The notes under the pieces: generated by a model
The model's database searches: none
What the model was told of the DNA's origin: nothing
What the model saw: only the letters and a program-made list of their open reading frames with translations
Position numbers and translations under genes: made by a program
NCBI GenBank assembly: GCA_965207365.1
Contig: OZ242281.1
Span: forward strand, 500,362-564,361
Source of the DNA: Dehalococcoidia bacterium
GTDB lineage: Bacteria; Chloroflexota; Dehalococcoidia; Bin125
Direction of reading: 5' to 3'
Length of the DNA stretch: 64,000 nt
Part shown: positions 1 to 8,583 of the stretch, one piece after another
Layout of the letters: every line of letters starts with the position of its first letter
How positions within the stretch are numbered: position 1 is the first letter of the stretch

Positions 1-809
1 GGCGGCGCGTTCAGATCCCAGGCGACCGCATGAGCGCCCGACCAGTTGCCGAACGGCTGCGCGCCAGCGTCAATGGCTGCCTGAATCGCATCGCCCGTGT
101 TGAACCGCGAGCCGCGCACCTTCGCCATATCCCAGCCGGGACCCAGGTAGCGAGTCCGCATCTCGATGTTCGCCTCAAAGCCGCCCGCCGCCAGCACCAC
201 AGCGTCCGCTTCCATCTCCTCAACCGCATCATCCGTCCAAAGCTCGACGCCACGGATGCGCCGACCCTCGCGCAACAGATTCACAACCTTGCAGCCGTAG
301 CGCACATGCACACCGACCCGTGCAGCCGCCTCAAACTCCTGGTCCGACAGCCCCTTCCCTGCCCCTACAGCCTCCACCGTCAGACCGCCATAGAAGACCA
401 GCTTCCCACCGACCTCGTTCGCCTGCCGACCGGTCATCAACGTGAACTTGACGCCCTGTCCATGCAACCATTCCATCGTCGGCGCCGCCTCACGTACCAA
501 CGACGAGGCCATGCCATCGTCAATCAATCCATCGGTGACCCGCGCGAGATCATCGCGAAACTTCGCCGTCGTATAGGAACCGACATCGACCCGCTCGATC
601 TCTGCCTCGCTCAAGTCGGGGATGATTCGCAGGATGTCGCTCATCCCCTCGTAGGGAAAGCGAAATCCGCCACCGGTGAAGTACGTGTTGCCGCCGCGCT
701 CGCCTTCCGGCGCCTTCTCCAGCACCGTCACATCAGCCCCGCGCTCCCTCGCCGCCAATGCGGCGCACAATGCTGCATTGCCGGCTCCAACGACGATGAC
801 ATGGGTCAC
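1..809 (-). CDS. FAD-binding dehydrogenase (fumarate reductase/succinate dehydrogenase flavoprotein-like), C-terminus runs off the window start
   Basis: Reverse-strand translation from a GTG at 809 gives VTHVIVVGAGNAALCAALAARERGADVTVLEKAPEG..., a dinucleotide-binding GxGxxA motif and flavoprotein-like body. GGAGGAG lies upstream of the GTG. The gene overlaps the stop of the MFS gene by 4 bp (GTGA). It is absent from the ORF track because there is no stop inside the window. Confidence 0.55.
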   Translation of the reverse strand, partial: MTHVIVVGAGNAALCAALAARERGADVTVLEKAPEGERGGNTYFTGGGFRFPYEGMSDILRIIPDLSEAEIERVDVGSYTTAKFRDDLARVTDGLIDDGMASSLVREAAPTMEWLHGQGVKFTLMTGRQANEVGGKLVFYGGLTVEAVGAGKGLSDQEFEAAARVGVHVRYGCKVVNLLREGRRIRGVELWTDDAVEEMEADAVVLAAGGFEANIEMRTRYLGPGWDMAKVRGSRFNTGDAIQAAIDAGAQPFGNWSGAHAVAWDLNAP

Positions 810-2482
810 TTCGACTCCTCCTCCACCTGAGCGGTGTTCACCGGTCGTGGCTCACTGACGCCATTGAGTCCGTTCTCCCGGCGCAAACTGTTCTCGATGT
901 GCTCACTATGCGATATCGACTTCTGGCCGCGGAACAGGGGCACCATGAGCGAAATCTCGAACTCGATAGCTTCGCGCACGGCCTGAGCCTGTACCGCCGC
1001 CTTCTCCGCCACCTTGCGCACGCCCCGCTGACCACCAACCAATGAGAACAGGATCGCCGGAGCGGTGATCGCGGCTGCCACGATCAACGCGGTTTGGTAG
1101 CCCGCGATGATCGCGCCGGGCGAATCGCTGGCGACATCATTGGCCGCAGCGAAGGAGAGACCGACAGATGCGTAAACCGCGACCGCGATCGCGCCTCCCA
1201 CGGCGTTGCCTATCGTGCGGGCGGTGGTTTGGGCGGCGGAGGCGGTACCCAAACGCTCAGGCGGCACTGCGGACATGATCACCGCGGTATTGGGCGAGCT
1301 GAAGATGGAGGTGCCGATGCCTAGCAGCAGCATCCGTAGGCCGAAATCGACTGGCGACGTGTTCGCGTCGGTCATCGCCAGCAACGCCAGTGCCCCGCAG
1401 ACCATCATCATCCCGACCGTGGTCAGCGGGCGTGAACCCAGACGGTCGGAGAGACGACCCGAAATCGGCGAGACGACGAGCATCGCCAGTGGCATCGGCA
1501 CCATCATGAAGGCGGCGTCGAGGGTGCTGAACTCGCGTCCATCGATGAGCAGGAAGTAACCCAGATAGAGCGATGCGCTCATGCCCATGAACTGCAAGAT
1601 CGCGGCGAGAATGCCGAAACTGAAACCGCGCCCCTTGAACAGGGCCAGATCGACTACTGGCGAGGACGTGCGTCGCTCGACGATGATGAAAAGCACGGTG
1701 AAGATTACGCCGACGGCGAAGAGGGTCAGAATCAGCAGCGAGGTCCAGCCGGCGCTGCTGCCGCGGTTGATGCCGAAGGTGATGCATCCGAGCAGCCCGA
1801 ACAGCAGCACCGCACCGGGGATGTCGAGCCCGCGCGGTCGTTGCTCGCTCGGTGCGTCAACCAGCAGCCGCCAGGCGAGAAACACGCCCACGAGACCGAA
1901 GGGCACGCGCGCCCAGAAGATCGCTCGCCAGTCAAAGAGTTCAATCAGGATCCCCCCAAGCGGCGCGCCGATCGCAACCCCTGCACCGACGGTAGAGACC
2001 ATCAATCCCAGCCCGGTGCCGCGCTTAGAAGGCGGAAAGGAAGCAGCGATGATCGCGGCGCCATTGGCCATTGTCATTGAGGAGCCGATGGCTTGCAGGA
2101 TGCGGGTGCCGATCAGTTCCTCAAGCGAACCGCTGATAGCCGAGAGTCCGGTCGCCAGCGTGAACACGCCGAACCCGGCTGCGTAGATCATCTTGCGGCC
2201 GTAAACGTCGCCGAGCCGGCCCATAGTCAGCGAGAGGCCGGTGCTGACGACGATGAAGGAAAGAGCCACCCAGATCACATCGGAGGTGGAGCGGTCGAAC
2301 TCGTCCTCAAGGGTCGGCAGGGCGACGTTCGTGATCGAGTTGTCAACCACGCCCAGGAATGTGCCGACGCAAACAACAATCGCGGCGACCCAGTAGTAAG
2401 GAATCGGCCCAAGCGACGGCCCGCTGACCAGCGGACGATCATCCTCAACCTGCTGGCCTCCGGCGCCATTCCTCTGCACCAT
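806..2482 (-). CDS. MFS transporter, DHA2 (EmrB/QacA, 14-TMS) drug:H+ antiporter family
   Basis: The 558-aa ORF has about 14 predicted hydrophobic helices and MFS signature stretches (GRLGDVYGRK, the LGSRP region). Confidence 0.85.
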   Translation of the reverse strand: MVQRNGAGGQQVEDDRPLVSGPSLGPIPYYWVAAIVVCVGTFLGVVDNSITNVALPTLEDEFDRSTSDVIWVALSFIVVSTGLSLTMGRLGDVYGRKMIYAAGFGVFTLATGLSAISGSLEELIGTRILQAIGSSMTMANGAAIIAASFPPSKRGTGLGLMVSTVGAGVAIGAPLGGILIELFDWRAIFWARVPFGLVGVFLAWRLLVDAPSEQRPRGLDIPGAVLLFGLLGCITFGINRGSSAGWTSLLILTLFAVGVIFTVLFIIVERRTSSPVVDLALFKGRGFSFGILAAILQFMGMSASLYLGYFLLIDGREFSTLDAAFMMVPMPLAMLVVSPISGRLSDRLGSRPLTTVGMMMVCGALALLAMTDANTSPVDFGLRMLLLGIGTSIFSSPNTAVIMSAVPPERLGTASAAQTTARTIGNAVGGAIAVAVYASVGLSFAAANDVASDSPGAIIAGYQTALIVAAAITAPAILFSLVGGQRGVRKVAEKAAVQAQAVREAIEFEISLMVPLFRGQKSISHSEHIENSLRRENGLNGVSEPRPVNTAQVEEESK

Positions 2483-2574
2483 CGCCGCCTCTTCACAGAC
2501 ACGTCAGAAGCCGTTCCAGACGCGCCGCAGGCTCAGTTTAGATGGTCAGTTCGGCTGGACGAACTAACTGCGTT

Positions 2575-2715
2575 GCGCTCGAGACCTCCCCCGTTGGGGG
2601 ATGCGCCCCGAAGGGGCGGAGGGGGCCCGCCGGAGACTCCGTTCAGCGCCCCACGAGGGCCCCCTCAGTCGCTCCGCGACAGCTCCCCCATTGGGGGAGC
2701 TCTTGGATGCCGCTC
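2575..2715. repeat. GC-rich multi-hairpin intergenic repeat (family B)
   Basis: Nested short palindromes ctcccccgttggggga, gcgccccgaaggggcg, gagggggcc..ggccccctc and ctcccccattgggggag. A related unit occurs at 4365-4460. Confidence 0.5.
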
Positions 2716-2740
2716 AGCCCAACGCTCTAGACTCACCCAC

Positions 2741-3793
2741 ATGACCACCAAGACCCACACTCTCACCGACGAACTCTCCGCGATCGACTGGTGCTACGAG
2801 CAGGGCTGGACCGACGGCCTTCCGGTCGTCCCGCCTGCCCGTGAGCGAGTTGAACGTTTCCTCATCGCCGCCGGACGCCCTCCTGAGGAAATCGTCGCTC
2901 GGCATCCTGCCACCGGACGCGAATGCAGCGTCCAATCGGCCGCTGTCAATGCGGTCATGGCGGGCTGCCTGCCGCAATACTTCCCAACCGTGCTGGCTGC
3001 GCTCGAGGGTCTGAATGAAGACGCCTACAACTTCCACGGTTCGACCGCCAGCACCGGAGGCTCAGCGCCCGTGGTGATCATCTCCGGAGATATCCGCGAC
3101 GAAATCGGGATGAACGCCAGTGTCAACGTGTTCGGTCCTGGAAACCGCGCCAACGCGACCATCGGACGGGCGATGCGCCTGGTGATCATGAACATCTTCC
3201 AGATGATTCCTGGCATCTCCGATCGCTCGACGACCGGCTGGCCCGGAAAGTACGGCTGTTGCATCGCCGAGAACATCCTCAATAGCCCCTGGGAGCCGCT
3301 GCACGTGTCGCTCGATTTCCCACCCGAGGTCTCGACCGCCACCGTCTTCGCCGCCTCCGGCTTCTACAACGTCGAGAATCACTACACCAGCGACCCCGAA
3401 CTCCTGCTCGACACCTTCGCCGACGCCATGGCCTCGCTGGGCGCACTGACCGATGGACAGTCGCTGGTCGTGATGTCGCCGGAGCACGCGCAGATCGCGG
3501 CCTCGAACGGGATGTCCAAACAGGACGTGCAGGCATACCTCTTCGAGCACGCCAGCCGTGATCCCGAAGAAATGCTGAGCAAGGGCAAATGGCCCGCCGG
3601 GCGCCCAGGCGACGGACTCGCCGAAGGCGAGCGTGGCAATGGCGCGTTTCGCCGAGGTCGCACCCCCGACGACATCCTGCTCGTCGTCGCTGGCGGCGAG
3701 GCTGGCGGACACTCGGCCTTCCTGCCCTCGTGGAGTCGCGGACGCAACTCCATCTATCAGACCAAGGCGATCGGCGTCTGTCTCGATTGCTGA
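2741..3793 (+). CDS. hypothetical protein (about 350 aa), probably co-transcribed with the downstream UGSC selenoprotein
   Basis: The long ORF 2093..3793 has an R-rich, non-protein-like N-terminus. The start was chosen at ATG 2741 (MTTKTHTL...) just after the family-B repeat. A 37-bp gap with GGAGG separates it from the next gene. No family was recognised. Confidence 0.55.
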   Translation: MTTKTHTLTDELSAIDWCYEQGWTDGLPVVPPARERVERFLIAAGRPPEEIVARHPATGRECSVQSAAVNAVMAGCLPQYFPTVLAALEGLNEDAYNFHGSTASTGGSAPVVIISGDIRDEIGMNASVNVFGPGNRANATIGRAMRLVIMNIFQMIPGISDRSTTGWPGKYGCCIAENILNSPWEPLHVSLDFPPEVSTATVFAASGFYNVENHYTSDPELLLDTFADAMASLGALTDGQSLVVMSPEHAQIAASNGMSKQDVQAYLFEHASRDPEEMLSKGKWPAGRPGDGLAEGERGNGAFRRGRTPDDILLVVAGGEAGGHSAFLPSWSRGRNSIYQTKAIGVCLDC

Positions 3794-3829
3794 CCGTCCA
3801 GAACAAACTCGACCAAGACGGAGGCCATC

Positions 3830-4357
3830 ATGTCGCTCGTACTCTTCGACCCCACCGGCGAGCCCACGCCGACCGGCTTCTGCGCCGCGCCCAGGCTGAC
3901 TTCAGTCGAGGGCCTGCGCATCGGCATCTTCTCCAACGGGAAGGTCAACGCCGACAAGCTGCTGCGTTACACCGCCGAGGTCTTCGAGCAACAGGCAAAC
4001 TGCAACGTCGTGATCGACTCCGGCAAGCGCAACGCCAGCCGCATCGCTGAGCCACAGGTGCTGGAGCGAATCGCCAACGATGTCGATTTCCTGATCACCG
4101 CGGTGGGTGATTGAGGCTCCTGCTCAACGTGCAGTGTGCACGACGGCATCACCTTCGAGCAGTACGGCAAGCCCGGCCTGGTCCTCTGCACCCACCCATT
4201 CGACCCCACCGGCCGAATGATCGCCAAAACCCTGGGAATGCCCGACTTCAGGTACGCACTCGTCGATCACCCAATCGGAAGCGCCGGAATCGAAGGCCTC
4301 CAGGCCCGCGCAATGGACGCCTATGACCAGGGCAAGCTAATCCTGCTCGGTGCCTGA
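3830..4357 (+). CDS. UGSC family selenoprotein (in-frame UGA read as selenocysteine)
   Basis: ORFs 3830..4114 and 4136..4357 are in the same frame and separated only by TGA at 4112-4114. Read-through translation gives ...ITAVGD-U-GSCSTCSVHDGITFEQYGK..., the Sec-Gly-Ser-Cys motif that names the family. The second ORF begins with GTG rather than ATG. A hairpin follows the TGA. Confidence 0.7.
4120..4161 (+). promoter_or_regulatory. candidate bacterial SECIS-like stem-loop immediately 3' of the UGA
   Basis: ctgctc (4120-4125) pairs with gagcag (4156-4161), enclosing a perfect 6-bp-stem hairpin cgtgca-gtg-tgcacg (4128-4142). It starts 5 nt after the TGA. Confidence 0.35.
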
Positions 4358-4364
4358 TTCCAAA

Positions 4365-4460
4365 GAGCTCCCCCGTCGGGTGTGCTGTCCAGAAGCGAAC
4401 CTTCCCAAGAGCTCCCCCCTCTGGGGGAGCTGTCCCGTAGGGACTGAGGGGGCTCCCGGC
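4365..4460. repeat. GC-rich hairpin repeat (family B)
   Basis: gagctcccccctctgggggagctg and gggactgagggggctccc hairpins, similar in style to 2575-2715. Together they bracket the two-gene selenoprotein module. Confidence 0.45.
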
Positions 4461-4535
4461 ACGGCGTGTGAGGGAACAACTGCCTTCGTAAGCCTGTTGT
4501 CCACTCCAAACAACCCACTATCCCTTCCCAGTCCC

Positions 4536-4645
4536 CGCTTTACGCGGGGACCTGCTCCCTCCCAGCCCCTTCACATACCAATGAGTCTGCTTTTGGCTGG
4601 GCCCCAGACCGAGCGGGTCCCCGCGTGAAGCGGGGACTGGAATTA
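4536..4645. repeat. inverted pair of family-C hairpin units (ccagtccccgcttcacgcggggacc)
   Basis: ccagtccccgctttacgcggggacctgctccc at 4536 and its reverse complement gggtccccgcgtgaagcggggactgg at 4605-4645. The same unit recurs at 40085/40232 and 57400/63910. Confidence 0.6.
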
Positions 4646-4664
4646 CCATTCACTGGTTGTTAGA

Positions 4665-5819
4665 TCACTCCGGACCAACCAACTCCCGACCAATCAACAT
4701 CCGACGAATCTCCGACGTCCCCGCCCCAATCTCCAACAACTTTGCATCCCTCACATACCGCGCCACCCGACTCTCACTCATGTATCCATACCCACCGTGA
4801 ATCTGCACGGCCTTGTCTGCAACGCGACTCGACATCTCTGCCGAATAGAGAATGGCGGCCGCAGCTTCCTTGTTGCTGCGGATGCCTCGTGATGCAGCCT
4901 CTTCAACCACGTGCGCCGTCCGATAGACCAGCCAGCGGGCTGCCTCCAGCTCGGTGTACATATCCGCGAGCATTGCCTGGATCAGTTGGAAGTCGCCGAT
5001 TCGCTGCCCGAACTGCCTTCGATTGCGCGCGTACTCCACTGCCTCATCCAGCGCCGCTTGCGCGATGCCCAGCGGCTCGCCGGCGAGAAATGCTCGCTCC
5101 ACCGCGAGCCCCTGCATCATCACCGAGGCTCCAGAGCCTTCACCGCGCATCACATTGGACGCCGGCACGATGCAGTCTTCGAGAATCAGCTCCGCGGTCG
5201 GCGAGCCACGATGCCCAACCTTGTCCAGCACCTGCCCCACGCTAAAGCCCTCGAATCCCGACTCCACAATGAACGCCGTCACGCCCTGAGAACCCGCCTC
5301 AGGGTCGGTCTTCGCATAGAGCACCAGCGTGTCGGCCACCGACCCATTGGTAATGAACATCTTGCTGCCATTGAGCCGGTACACATCGCCGTCGCGCACG
5401 GCAGTCGTGCGAATCCCCATCGCATCCGATCCAGCCTCGGGTTCAGTCAACGCCAACGCGCCGATCTGCGTGCCGTCGCAGAGTCCGGGAAGATACTGTT
5501 CTTTCTGTGTTTCGCTACCGTTCGAGGCAATGTTGTTCGCGCAGAGGTTGGCGTGGGCGCCGTAAGATAACGCAATCGACGCGCTCGCCCTCGCGATCTC
5601 TTCAGTCGCAATCACACCTGCCAGCAGTCCGGCGTTCGACCCTCCATACTGTTCTTCGATTGTGACACCCAACAGCCCGAGATCGCCGAGCATTGGCCAC
5701 AAGTGTGATGCAAACCGATCTTCGCGATCAATATCATCCGCAATAGGATCGATTTCGGCACGAGCGAAGTCACGTACTGTTTGTTGTATGAGTCGTTGCG
5801 ATTCGTTGAGTTCAATCAT
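4665..5819 (-). CDS. acyl-CoA dehydrogenase
   Basis: Full ACAD architecture with conserved blocks (LTEPEAGSD, GSKMFITNG, YAKT, the QIHGGYGY catalytic-base region). The start was set at ATG 5819 (MIELNESQ) with a GGAG upstream rather than the ORF-track start 5837. Confidence 0.9.
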   Translation of the reverse strand: MIELNESQRLIQQTVRDFARAEIDPIADDIDREDRFASHLWPMLGDLGLLGVTIEEQYGGSNAGLLAGVIATEEIARASASIALSYGAHANLCANNIASNGSETQKEQYLPGLCDGTQIGALALTEPEAGSDAMGIRTTAVRDGDVYRLNGSKMFITNGSVADTLVLYAKTDPEAGSQGVTAFIVESGFEGFSVGQVLDKVGHRGSPTAELILEDCIVPASNVMRGEGSGASVMMQGLAVERAFLAGEPLGIAQAALDEAVEYARNRRQFGQRIGDFQLIQAMLADMYTELEAARWLVYRTAHVVEEAASRGIRSNKEAAAAILYSAEMSSRVADKAVQIHGGYGYMSESRVARYVRDAKLLEIGAGTSEIRRMLIGRELVGPE

Positions 5820-5896
5820 CTTGCATACTCCGTACATCGCTCTGCCAACCGAGCATCTCAGCGAGCATACATCGGCGCGGCTGCTAGACTCCCGGC

Positions 5897-6406
5897 ATGG
5901 TCACGACCAACCAGCGCGCCGCACAGTTCGCCGAGGGCTTGCACGCCGCCCAGGGCGAGTTCCGCCGTTGCGTTTCCTGGGACGACCTCTGGACATTTGC
6001 AACGTCACTGGGCGATGACTCACCCGTCGTCTCGCCTGCAGCATATGAACAGTTACAGCGTGGACAACTGCCCGACGATAGCGATCCGCTTCGATCCATC
6101 GCCGACCGCCCGGTCGGCATCGCCGTGGCGCGACTGGCCATCGCCGAAACCGGCTCGGTACTACTGATCGAACCATCAACGATCGACCGCGCCGTCTCAC
6201 TGCTGACCAGGCATCTCATCGTGGCCGTGCAGGAAACGGACATCCTCGACGACCTCGCCGAAGGCTTCGACTGGCTCGCGCAACAACCACGCGCGGCGGC
6301 CTACGCCACATTCGTCACCGGTCCCTCCCGGACCGCCGATATCGAGCGGTCGCTCACCATCGGTGTCCAGGGTCCCAGCCGGCTGACCGTGGCGGTGCTG
6401 CCATGA
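5897..6406 (+). CDS. lutC: LutC/LUD-domain lactate utilisation protein C-like
   Basis: 169 aa. It overlaps the downstream LutB-like gene by ATGA (6403-6406). This is the typical lutC position and size. Confidence 0.6.
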   Translation: MVTTNQRAAQFAEGLHAAQGEFRRCVSWDDLWTFATSLGDDSPVVSPAAYEQLQRGQLPDDSDPLRSIADRPVGIAVARLAIAETGSVLLIEPSTIDRAVSLLTRHLIVAVQETDILDDLAEGFDWLAQQPRAAAYATFVTGPSRTADIERSLTIGVQGPSRLTVAVLP

Positions 6407-8574
6407 GCACAACATTCAAACAGCGCTATCGACGGTCGGTCGGGGATCCCGACCTGAAACCGCGACTACTGACCTTCCAGCGCTCGTGGAGAGAAAGCCG
6501 CGACGCACAGGTCAAACGTCTGGAGCAGCGCACCGAACGCTCCTTTGACGACCTGCGCCAAGAGTTCGCCGCGGTCAAGGACCACACCCTCGAGCATTGG
6601 GACGACCACATCGCCCAGTTCCGAGCCAACGCCGAGGCGGCAGGCGCAACCGTCGTAGAGCTGAACACCGCTGAGGATGCGGTCAACTACATCGCGAGCG
6701 TCTGCAAGTCGCGCGGCATCGAACTGATCGTCAAGAGCAAATCGATGGTCTCCGAGGAGATCGAGCTCAACCACGAGCTCGAACAACGAGGCATCACGGC
6801 CATCGAGACCGACCTCGGCGAATGGCTGTTACAGCTCGCCGAAGAGCGTCCCTCGCACTTGGTCATGCCCGCGATCCATCAGAAGCGACAGTACGTCGCG
6901 GAAATCCTGGGTAAGGAACTCGACCGCGAATTTGACCCCGACGACATCCCGGCGATGGTGGCCAGCGCACGCGACGGCCTGCGCGGACACTACCTCTCTG
7001 CCGGCGCGGGGCTGACCGGCGCCAACGCGCTGGTCGCCGAGACCGGCAGCATCATGGTCGTCACGAACGAAGGCAACATGCGGCTGGCCACGTCGCTGCC
7101 CGATGTCCATTTCGTCACTGCCGGAATCGAAAAGCTGATCCCCTCCTGGGCCGACGCTGAGCGCCAACTCCAGCTCCTGCCGCGCTCTGCCACCGCGCAA
7201 ACGCTGAGCACTTACACCACCTGCATCACCGGAGCCCAGCCTGGCAAAGAGATGCACATCATCCTGCTCAACAACGGCCGCCGCGCCATGCGTGAAACGG
7301 ACAGCATCGGCGACGCCCTGCGCTGTATCCGCTGCGGCGCCTGCGCCAACGTCTGCCCGCCGTACCAGGTCGTCGGCGGACACACCTTCGGCCACATCTA
7401 CACGGGCGCAATCGGGCTGGTCAACACGACGTTCCACCACGGCATCGAGGAAGCGGCCGGTCCTCAGGGACTGTGTGTCTCCTGCGGCGCCTGCGAGACC
7501 GTGTGTCCGGTTGCGATTCCGCTGCCCAAGCAGATTCTGGACATCCGCCACCGCGCTCACGAGGCGGGTCACGCGCCACTCTGGGAGCGCGCCGCCCTAC
7601 GGCTCTGGGCCAAACCGAGACTGTTTCACCACCTGATGGGCCTCGGCGCGCTCGCTTCAGGGACCGCGAGACTGCTCGGCCTCGTTCGTCGAGACCACCT
7701 TCGACTGCCATTGCCCAAGCGCCTGCGCTGGCGTTCCGTACCAGCGCTGCCGCTTCGCAACGGACAGACGTTGGTCAACAGCCGAACGTCGCAGCAGCCA
7801 ATCGCCGTGTCGCCCGCGACCGGACAATCTGTCGATCTGTTCGCGCAATGCCTGGCCGACCGCATGCTTCCCAGCGCCGTTGATGCCACAGCACGCCTGA
7901 TCGAGGCCGGCGGCGCATCAGTCAGAATCCCGCAATCGCAGCACTGCTGCGGTCTGCCGGCCTTCGACGCTGGCGACCGGGAATCCGCACGCAAGATGGC
8001 TCGACAAACCATCGAGGCATTGGAAGGCGGCTCCAACCAGATCGTCACGCCGGCGCCAAGCTGCGTCATCGCCATGCAGGAGCACTGGCCCGAACTCTTC
8101 AGCGACGACCCTGAAATGCAGCAACGAGCATCGGCTGTCAGCCGTCGCGTCCACGACCTCGCCGCTTGGCTCGACGGACCTGGACGACTCCCCGACGGCT
8201 GCCTCGAGCAGGCCGAGCAGGACTCATGGACAGCGCACCGTTTCTGCCAAGCTTCCAACCGGGGCGACTCCTTCGCCCGAATCGACCAACTCGTCGAGCG
8301 CCTGACCAGCGAAGCTGCGTTGCCGCTCAAAGAGCCCGAGGTCTGCTGCGGCTTCGGCGGCCTCACGTCGATGGCCGCGCCGGAAGTCGGGCAAGGAATC
8401 CTCGAGCGGAAGCTGGATTGCGTCGCCGAGAGCGGCTGCGACACCCTGATCACCAACAACCCCGGCTGCGCGCTGCATCTGCGAGCTGGAGCGGTGGCCA
8501 GCGGAGCAACACACGAAACCATGCACTACGCCGAGTTCCTCGCCGGCCGCCTACCCGAGAATCCGCAACGCTGA
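6403..8574 (+). CDS. lutB: LutB-like iron-sulfur protein fused to a C-terminal LutA-like CCG-domain (Fe-S)-binding region
   Basis: 4Fe-4S ferredoxin motifs CIRCGACANVCP and CVSCGACETVCP. The C-terminal half carries two cysteine-rich CCG-type motifs (CCGLPAFDAGD, CCGFGG). 723 aa. Confidence 0.8.
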   Translation: MSTTFKQRYRRSVGDPDLKPRLLTFQRSWRESRDAQVKRLEQRTERSFDDLRQEFAAVKDHTLEHWDDHIAQFRANAEAAGATVVELNTAEDAVNYIASVCKSRGIELIVKSKSMVSEEIELNHELEQRGITAIETDLGEWLLQLAEERPSHLVMPAIHQKRQYVAEILGKELDREFDPDDIPAMVASARDGLRGHYLSAGAGLTGANALVAETGSIMVVTNEGNMRLATSLPDVHFVTAGIEKLIPSWADAERQLQLLPRSATAQTLSTYTTCITGAQPGKEMHIILLNNGRRAMRETDSIGDALRCIRCGACANVCPPYQVVGGHTFGHIYTGAIGLVNTTFHHGIEEAAGPQGLCVSCGACETVCPVAIPLPKQILDIRHRAHEAGHAPLWERAALRLWAKPRLFHHLMGLGALASGTARLLGLVRRDHLRLPLPKRLRWRSVPALPLRNGQTLVNSRTSQQPIAVSPATGQSVDLFAQCLADRMLPSAVDATARLIEAGGASVRIPQSQHCCGLPAFDAGDRESARKMARQTIEALEGGSNQIVTPAPSCVIAMQEHWPELFSDDPEMQQRASAVSRRVHDLAAWLDGPGRLPDGCLEQAEQDSWTAHRFCQASNRGDSFARIDQLVERLTSEAALPLKEPEVCCGFGGLTSMAAPEVGQGILERKLDCVAESGCDTLITNNPGCALHLRAGAVASGATHETMHYAEFLAGRLPENPQR

Positions 8575-8583
8575 GGTAACTCA

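Noticed and set aside
30-830. 266-aa plus-strand ORF at the window start
   Set aside because: Arg-rich, low-complexity translation, antisense to a well-formed FAD-dehydrogenase reading frame on the minus strand. Typical high-GC shadow ORF.
2093-2740. N-terminal 216 codons of ORF 2093..3793
   Set aside because: The sequence runs through the family-B hairpin repeat and is Arg/Gly-rich. The gene more plausibly starts at ATG 2741.
3830-4357. Treating 3830..4114 and 4136..4357 as two separate small genes
   Set aside because: Same frame, separated by one TGA. The second has no ATG and starts mid-domain. The UGSC motif spans the junction. One selenoprotein gene is a better explanation.
6829-8522. 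Long minus-strand ORFs (6829..7572, 7626..8522) inside lutB/A
   Set aside because: Antisense shadow ORFs in high-GC coding DNA. Arg/Ala-rich, with no recognisable domains.
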